Assembly: GCA_963674865.2 (NCBI GenBank)
Contig: CAXXYE010000001.1
Location: 391,089-455,088, forward strand
Length of the DNA stretch: 64,000 nt
Direction: 5' to 3'
Source of the DNA: Candidatus Hydrogenedentota bacterium
GTDB taxonomy: Bacteria > Hydrogenedentota > Hydrogenedentia > Hydrogenedentales > SLHB01
The notes under the pieces were generated by a model, which had not been told where the DNA came from, ran no database searches, and saw only the letters and a list, made by a program, of their open reading frames with translations. The first letter of the stretch is position 1, and the number at the start of each line of letters is the position of its first letter. Shown one piece after another: positions 58,587-64,000 of the stretch. Made by a program: the position numbers and the translations under genes.

Positions 58587-59819
58587 TCAATGATCGCAGA
58601 TGTTGTCGCCCGTTTCCAGCGTCCCGTCGAGATAAGCCTTGACGAGTGTCTCCGGTGTGTCGGCCGAGGCTCCGACGACTACGCGGATCTCGTTCTCCGC
58701 AAACAGCTGCTGTGCCCGTTGGCCCATCCCACCGGCCAGAATCACATTTACGCCGAGGCCATGCAGCCATTTTGGAAGCACTCCCGGCTCATGCGGGGGC
58801 GGCGTCTCTCGGGATTGGCTCAGAATTGCCTTGGTTTGTTCATCGACTGTTAGGATGGCGAACTCCTCGCAATGGCCGAAATGCATACTGAGGCGGCCCT
58901 CCGCCAGCGGAATCGCGACAACCATTTGATGATTTTCCTCTCCATCTTCTTGTGTTTCGTGGCCGTTATCGGCGCTTGCCTTCTTGGCTACAATACGACT
59001 TACGATATCGGCAAACGCAGCGCCGCCGGCCCCTTCGGAATCGCGGCTCAACATGATTGAGCCAGAGTCTCCCGAAGCTACGATGGCCGGTTCTATAGGG
59101 ATGCGGCCTAGAAATGGGGCGTGCATCTCCCGGGCCAGTGTTTCGCCGCCGCCCGTCTTGAATACGTCACAGCGTTCGCCGCAATGGGGGCAAACAAAGC
59201 CGCTCATGTTCTCGACGATACCGAGTACCGGCAGAGAGACGGTGCCGCAGAAGGCGATGCACCGCCGCACGTCGGCGATGGCGAGGTCTTGGGGCGTGGT
59301 GACGATGACGGCTCCCGCCGGCGCCCCCACCAGTTGGGCCACCGACAACGGTTCGTCGCCCGTTCCGGGCGGTGAGTCGACGACGAGGTAATCCAGAGGC
59401 CCCCACGCGACATCCTTGAGGAACTGCCGGATAACGCCATATTTGCGCGGCCCTCGCCAGATAACGGCCTCATCGCCCCGGGGGAGGAGAAAGCCGATGG
59501 ACATCACCTTGAGATTGTCGTTCACGCGCGCCGGGTAGATGATCTCCCCGTTGGACTTGATGGGATAGCCTTCCAGGCCCATAAGTTTGGGGATGCTGGG
59601 GCCGTGGACGTCGACGTCGAGCAGGCCGACGGTATTGCCCTGGGCAGCCAATGAAGCCGCCAGATTCGCCGCGACAGTGCTCTTGCCGACACCGCCCTTG
59701 CCTGACAGGACAAGCAGTTTATATCGGATCTCGTGCATCCGGCGCAGGAGCACCAACTCCTCCGGCTCACCATTGGGCTTGGCGGCGGTTTTGCTGGGCT
59801 CTTCCGATGGACTGGACAT
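58587..59819 (-). CDS. Mrp/NBP35 Fe-S carrier ATPase fused to a NifB/NifX (Di-Nase) domain (MrpORP-like)
   Basis: 'SGKGGVGKST', 'DVHGPS', 'DSPPGTGD', 'ENMSGFVCPHC'; C-terminal 'HFGHCEEF...PPPHEPG...GGMG'. Confidence 0.9.
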   Translation of the reverse strand: MSSPSEEPSKTAAKPNGEPEELVLLRRMHEIRYKLLVLSGKGGVGKSTVAANLAASLAAQGNTVGLLDVDVHGPSIPKLMGLEGYPIKSNGEIIYPARVNDNLKVMSIGFLLPRGDEAVIWRGPRKYGVIRQFLKDVAWGPLDYLVVDSPPGTGDEPLSVAQLVGAPAGAVIVTTPQDLAIADVRRCIAFCGTVSLPVLGIVENMSGFVCPHCGERCDVFKTGGGETLAREMHAPFLGRIPIEPAIVASGDSGSIMLSRDSEGAGGAAFADIVSRIVAKKASADNGHETQEDGEENHQMVVAIPLAEGRLSMHFGHCEEFAILTVDEQTKAILSQSRETPPPHEPGVLPKWLHGLGVNVILAGGMGQRAQQLFAENEIRVVVGASADTPETLVKAYLDGTLETGDNICDH

Positions 59820-59921
59820 AGGTTTTCGTACTCCTTTCACATGATTTTCAATTCTTTGGCGTCGACGCACTGCGCGACCCGACTGTTTGGCTGGACTGTT
59901 GGGGGCGGCCTGCGCTCCCCC

Positions 59922-60143
59922 CTAATGCGTGCCGCTGCCCCCTGCCATAGGACACGTGCCCGATGGGCAGGTGGAACAGCCTTCATCCGCACCGCCCCCT
60001 TGTCGGGCGGAAAACGATGACAATACTCTCCGCGTCTGCTTCGATCCGCACTCAGCGCAGGAATGGCTTCCCCGCGCGTCGGCCTTCTCCAGGAACTCGG
60101 TAATGTGGCCGCATTGGCTGCATTCGTATTGGAAAAGCGGCAT
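59922..60143 (-). CDS. FmdB-family zinc-ribbon protein
   Basis: 'MPLFQYECSQCGH...CAECGS...CSTCPSGTC'. Confidence 0.85.
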   Translation of the reverse strand: MPLFQYECSQCGHITEFLEKADARGSHSCAECGSKQTRRVLSSFSARQGGGADEGCSTCPSGTCPMAGGSGTH

Positions 60144-60368
60144 CCTTCATCTTCCCGTCGGCATCGACATATCCGCTGAATCTGTGCAGACACTGTTTCA
60201 TACTTGCTTATGGCATCGCAGATCAAGGTATTTCGCATGGGACGCTCGGAGCGCGTCGCGGCCGGCGCCGCAATCTTTCCCGCCCCGAATGCATCACAGG
60301 GCCCAAGGCCCCTGTCGGAGAGGTGCTTTCAATCGCCGGCCGCAAGTCCGTGTCGCGGAGTTGTCGAA

Positions 60369-61814
60369 CTAGAAGTAAAGATCGCGTTCCTCGCTCTCCT
60401 GAATCCTATGCAGCCTCTCGACAAGCTCCGCCTTTCTGGGGCTTTGTGGGAGCCGTTCGAGTTCCTCAGCGATGGTCCTCCTTCCGACTGCCAGTGTGGC
60501 GGGAGAGGCGTAGTCCACAAGGTACTCCATCAGCGTGGTAAGGGCGTTGGGGGTGCAGAACTCCTGGATGAATCCCGGGATAGCGAACTCCATGAAATGC
60601 TCGCCGGTTCTCCCGAGCCGGTAGCACGCCGTGCAGAAACTTGGGATGTAGCCGTCCGTCAGCAGCTCGCGCATCACCTCGTCCAGCGGCCTTATGTCGC
60701 CAAGGGTAAACTGTTCCCGGTCCTGTACTTGGGCATCCCCGACCTCCGTGTATCCGCCAAGCTCGATGCGGCTCCCGGCGTCAATTTGAGAGCATCCGAA
60801 GGCCATTACTTCCCGCCGTAGTTCCGGACGCTCCCGTGCGGTCAGTATCATGCCCGTGTAAGGAACCGAGCAGCGCAGGATGGCGATCAGGCGTTTGAAG
60901 TCGTAATCACTTACGAGGTGGGGCCATGTGCTCTCGACGCCGTTGGCTGGACGCAGCCGGGGAAAGCTGATGGTGTGGGGGCCGACGCCGTATCTCTCTT
61001 GCAGTTGGAGTGCGTGGGTGACAAGGCCGAGGACCTCAAATCTCCAGTCGTATAGCCCGAACAAGGCGCCGATGCCCACGTCGTCGCAGCTCGCTTCGAA
61101 GGCCCGGCTGAGTCCGTCAAGGCGCCAAAGGTAATTCGCCTTTCGCGTATTCTTGGGATGGAGGTCCGCATAGGTCTTGTGATGATAAGTTTCCTGAAAG
61201 ATCTGATATGTGCCGATACCTGCCGCCTTGACGGTGCGGTATCCAGCGTGGTCCAGGGGCGCCGCGTTAATATTCACCCGGCGTATCTCGCCATGGCCTA
61301 CCTTGAAGTCGTAGCACGTCCTGACGCACTCAGCAATGAACTCCGGGCTGTAGGCGGGATGCTCTCCGAAGACCAGAATCAGGCGCTTGTGGCCCACGTT
61401 TTCGAGCGCCTCGAGTTGCGCGCGCAGCTCCGAGGGGCTTAACGTGCGGCGTACCGCCCCGGTGTTTGACCGGCGGAACGCGCAGTATGCGCAATCGTTG
61501 ACGCAGTTATTGCCGATGTAGAGCGGCGCGAACAACACGATCCGGTTGCCGTACACGTGCTGCTTCAGCGCCCTGGCGGTCTCGAAGATCTCCTCGACGA
61601 GGCCGCGATCCTCCGCGGCCAGCAGGACCGCAGTTTCCTCGACGCGTAGCGGCTGTTTGGCCAGACTCTTGTCGAGCACTTCCCTCACACGGGCTGGATC
61701 GGCGGCCGTGTTTTCCAGCAGCGCCGTCAGGTGGGAATCGTCAATGAAATCGTGAGCGCCCTCGCTAAGATGGTGAGAATCCATCTCACAGAGCGCACCA
61801 CCTGCCTTGCTCAT
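60369..61814 (-). CDS. hydG: [FeFe]-hydrogenase H-cluster radical SAM maturase HydG
   Basis: CxxxCxxC 'CVNDCAYC'; 'FQETYH'; 'GPHTISFPR'; C-terminal CX2CX22C (CTAC...CTPNA), which separates HydG from ThiH. Confidence 0.93.
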   Translation of the reverse strand: MSKAGGALCEMDSHHLSEGAHDFIDDSHLTALLENTAADPARVREVLDKSLAKQPLRVEETAVLLAAEDRGLVEEIFETARALKQHVYGNRIVLFAPLYIGNNCVNDCAYCAFRRSNTGAVRRTLSPSELRAQLEALENVGHKRLILVFGEHPAYSPEFIAECVRTCYDFKVGHGEIRRVNINAAPLDHAGYRTVKAAGIGTYQIFQETYHHKTYADLHPKNTRKANYLWRLDGLSRAFEASCDDVGIGALFGLYDWRFEVLGLVTHALQLQERYGVGPHTISFPRLRPANGVESTWPHLVSDYDFKRLIAILRCSVPYTGMILTARERPELRREVMAFGCSQIDAGSRIELGGYTEVGDAQVQDREQFTLGDIRPLDEVMRELLTDGYIPSFCTACYRLGRTGEHFMEFAIPGFIQEFCTPNALTTLMEYLVDYASPATLAVGRRTIAEELERLPQSPRKAELVERLHRIQESEERDLYF

Positions 61815-61960
61815 TTCCACTTCCTCTCTATCGAAACCTGCGCGACGTGATCGGGCCTTTGCTGAACTCCGCCGGAGCCATTCTCCATGCTTAGGACACG
61901 CCTCGCGTCCGGCCGTGGTTGGCCGATGTCCGAAGCACACGATAAGAATCTGCCGGCCGG

Positions 61961-62323
61961 CTACATCCAATGCCCTTCAACGTTTGCTTCGTCGAGTGCC
62001 TCCAGTTCGCCGTCCGTGAGTTGAGCCACCGCATCGCGTACCGAGCCCCCCGAGACTAGAAAGATCTGTACATCTCCCGCCCGAAGCGCCGCGAAGGCCT
62101 TGGGACCTACATTGCCCGTTATTACGGCCTCTGCGCCCAGCTCGATGACCTGCTGTGCAGCCTGGATGCCCGCTCCCTGCAAGGCATTGACGTTTTGGGC
62201 GTTGTCATGGGCGGTGTAGCTGTCGCTATCCGTGTCGGCTAGAATGAATTGAGCGGCCCGGCCGAACCGTGGGTCCACCTCGGATGTCGGCGTGGGGCCT
62301 TGTGCCGTGACGACGATCTTCAC
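61961..62323 (-). CDS. NifB/NifX-family (Orange protein/MTH1175-like) protein
   Basis: 'VDPRFGRA', 'GAGIQAA', 'ITGNVGPKA'; GAGGAG RBS before GTG. Confidence 0.9.
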   Translation of the reverse strand: MKIVVTAQGPTPTSEVDPRFGRAAQFILADTDSDSYTAHDNAQNVNALQGAGIQAAQQVIELGAEAVITGNVGPKAFAALRAGDVQIFLVSGGSVRDAVAQLTDGELEALDEANVEGHWM

Positions 62324-62388
62324 TTGATGTCTCCTCTTGCCTCGCTGTCCGTCTCATCTGGGTGTTGTCCTCTCTGGGACGTTACTTA

Positions 62389-62405
62389 CGCAACGTATGT
62401 GCCAA
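62389..62405 (-). promoter_or_regulatory. sigma54 (-24/-12) promoter
   Basis: Minus strand TTGGCACATACGTTGCG: GG-N10-GC in TGGCAC-N5-TTGC context, about 65 nt upstream of the Orange-protein gene. Confidence 0.8.
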
Positions 62406-62482
62406 GAGAACACGACACCGCTAGGCTTATGTAAGTAATTGCGAGGCAGTGTTTTGGGAGCCTATAGCGCGCCAGTCTTGGT

Positions 62483-62538
62483 TGTTCGCAATTGCATAAT
62501 GCAATGATCCGGGGCCGCCTGTTCGCAATTCGCGAATT
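62483..62538. promoter_or_regulatory. Candidate enhancer-binding-protein sites (UAS)
   Basis: TGTTCGCAATT repeated at 62483 and 62520; palindromes ATTGCA-TAA-TGCAAT and AATTCGCGAATT, 80-135 bp upstream of the -24 box. Confidence 0.5.
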
Positions 62539-62557
62539 TTCAACCAACCGAACCTCA

Positions 62558-62598
62558 AAGGAAACGGGCCGGCGCGCCAAAGAACAACGCGCCAGCCC
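62558..62598 (-). terminator. Probable intrinsic terminator after the peroxiredoxin gene
   Basis: Minus strand: gggctggcgcg-loop-cgcgccggccc followed by gtttcctt. Confidence 0.5.
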
Positions 62599-62659
62599 CT
62601 AATGGCCTCTATCGGTGAGCGGTACTCCGCTTGCTGCTCACGCCCGCCTGCGATTCAGA

Positions 62660-63348
62660 TTATCCGTGCGGGCACTTCTTGAGGCACATGAACCAGTCGA
62701 GATAGGTGAGGTCCGTGCCCGCCTGTTCCTGGCGTTCCTTTGCCGTGCCGCACGAGCCCGGGGGCGGGACGATCACGTCATCGCCCAACTGCCAGTTCGC
62801 GGGCGTGGCGATGTTGTGCTCATCAGCGTGCTGCAACGCCGTAAGGAGCCGCTTGATCTCGTCCATGTTCCGCCCGGTGGACAGGGGATAGTAGATAATG
62901 GCGCGGACGATAGCGTTGGGGTCAATGACGAATACCGCTCGAACCGCCTGGGTCTTGCTCTCGCCAGGCTGAACCATACCGAACTTCTTCGCAACTTCCA
63001 TCGTCAGGTCGGCAATGACGGGGAACTCGATCTCGAGATTCCGCAGGCCCTTGTACTCGATCTTGTCTTGGATGGTCCTTGAGCCAGGCAATGTGCGCGT
63101 AGATGCTGTCGATAGATAGGCCGATCAGCTCACAGTTCAGTGATTTGAACTCGTCCGCCATGCTGGCAAACGTCATGAATTCCGTGGTGCACACCGGAGT
63201 GAAGTCCGCGGGATGCGAAAAGAGCACGACCCACTTGCCTGTGTAAATCATCGGGGAACTTCACCGTGCCCTGTGTGGTTTCGGCTTCAAACGATGGGGC
63301 CTTATCGCCAATGCGCGGAATGCGGGATTCATCTTCGATCATGGCCAT
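62660..63348 (-). pseudogene. Peroxiredoxin (Prx6/AhpC-TSA), split by two +1 frameshifts (pseudogene or sequencing error)
   Basis: Three frames join: 'RIGDKAPSF..FPDD' / '[27 protein letters not shown]' / '[20 protein letters not shown]'; extra bases near 63246 and 63079. Confidence 0.88.
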
Positions 63349-63538
63349 TCCTCCCTTCGTAGAGTTGTTGCAAGAGATGCTTTTCTAGACATAGCTTTCT
63401 CTTTGGGCATCAAAGAGTCACCCCTTTAACACAGGGACCGCGGCGCCTTATTCCTTTGGCTATGGAAGGACCCTGTGCTTCGCGCAAGCGGGGGCGTTGT
63501 CAGGAAGCGGTAGCCTGCGGGGGGGGCGGGAAGATGGC

Positions 63539-64000
63539 TCACGTCTCGGCCTGTGACTCCGCGGGCGTTTCTTCCCCAAGAAGCAGGTTGTACAACAGAA
63601 GGCTCACGTGGCGTTCGTCCTGGCGATCCACTTCCAGAGTGACGGTGTAGCGGCCCGTCGAGAGGGGGAGGGACTGTCGGGATATCGATTTTGGCTGGAA
63701 GCCAGGGCCCGGCGCCCGAAAGCGTGCCGATCTCCTCATTGTTGACGGTGACGGGTGATGCGCTGGTTCGGCACCGGTGAGGCAATTGTCAGCCGAATCC
63801 GGCCGACGGGCCCCGCTGCTGGTGAACACGATGCTCGAGCGATTGGCCGGCCCCATGGGGACAAGCACGCTTCCGTCCGCACCCCTTTGCTGTAGGCCCC
63901 AGTAGCCGCGCAAGTACTTCCTCGAGTCGGGTGGGGCCGAACACAAGGGCCTTGCCCTCGGGAAGGGAAAGGTCGGCTGGCTGGCCGAGAGAGAACACGG
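63539..64000 (-). pseudogene. 3' end of an unidentified gene carrying several frameshifts (5' end outside window)
   Basis: Plausible beta-rich peptides in shifting frames: 'RKYLRGYWG..SSIVF' / 'RIRLTIASPVPNQRIT' / 'VTVNNEEIGTL..AKIDIP' / 'GRYTVTLEV..LLLYNLLL'. Confidence 0.45.

Noticed and set aside
60369..61814. ThiH (thiazole synthesis) assignment
   Set aside because: The C-terminal CX2CX22C motif is present and there are no thi genes nearby, so HydG is preferred.

Overview
A GC-rich bacterial chromosomal window. The gene content (many Tat/secreted carbohydrate enzymes, HPr/EI with HprK, HydG) suggests an anaerobe such as Candidatus Hydrogenedentota; this is inference only. Most of it is housekeeping and metabolism: secA with a transglutaminase and ABC pair, fba, melA, a bshC-bshB1-bshA operon led by a methyltransferase, pyk, aspartate kinase, rseP, dxr, ptsI, ptsH, rapZ, hprK, hpf, queG, GH89 and a phosphodiesterase. 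The most unusual region is 1990-5605. Two RAYT-like HUH/Y1 transposase genes are each bracketed by the same inverted repeat (GGACAGACTACGAATT) and have conserved leaderless promoters; three of the four ends carry 12-bp tandem duplications. They alternate with low-GC membrane-protein genes whose stop codons sit at the element ends. Degenerate outer ends and transposase-less mini-copies lie nearby, so this is a candidate Y1-transposase-driven gene-cassette array. Also notable: (i) a complete IS1202-family IS with a 16-bp target duplication, a hairpin target and an internal cloverleaf; (ii) a sigma54-type operon placing hydG among Orange-protein/MrpORP genes; (iii) a probable N-methyl-bacillithiol operon; (iv) several intact but catalytically degenerate enzymes. 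The last ~1.4 kb has multiple frameshifts, probably sequencing errors. No tRNA, rRNA or CRISPR array was seen.
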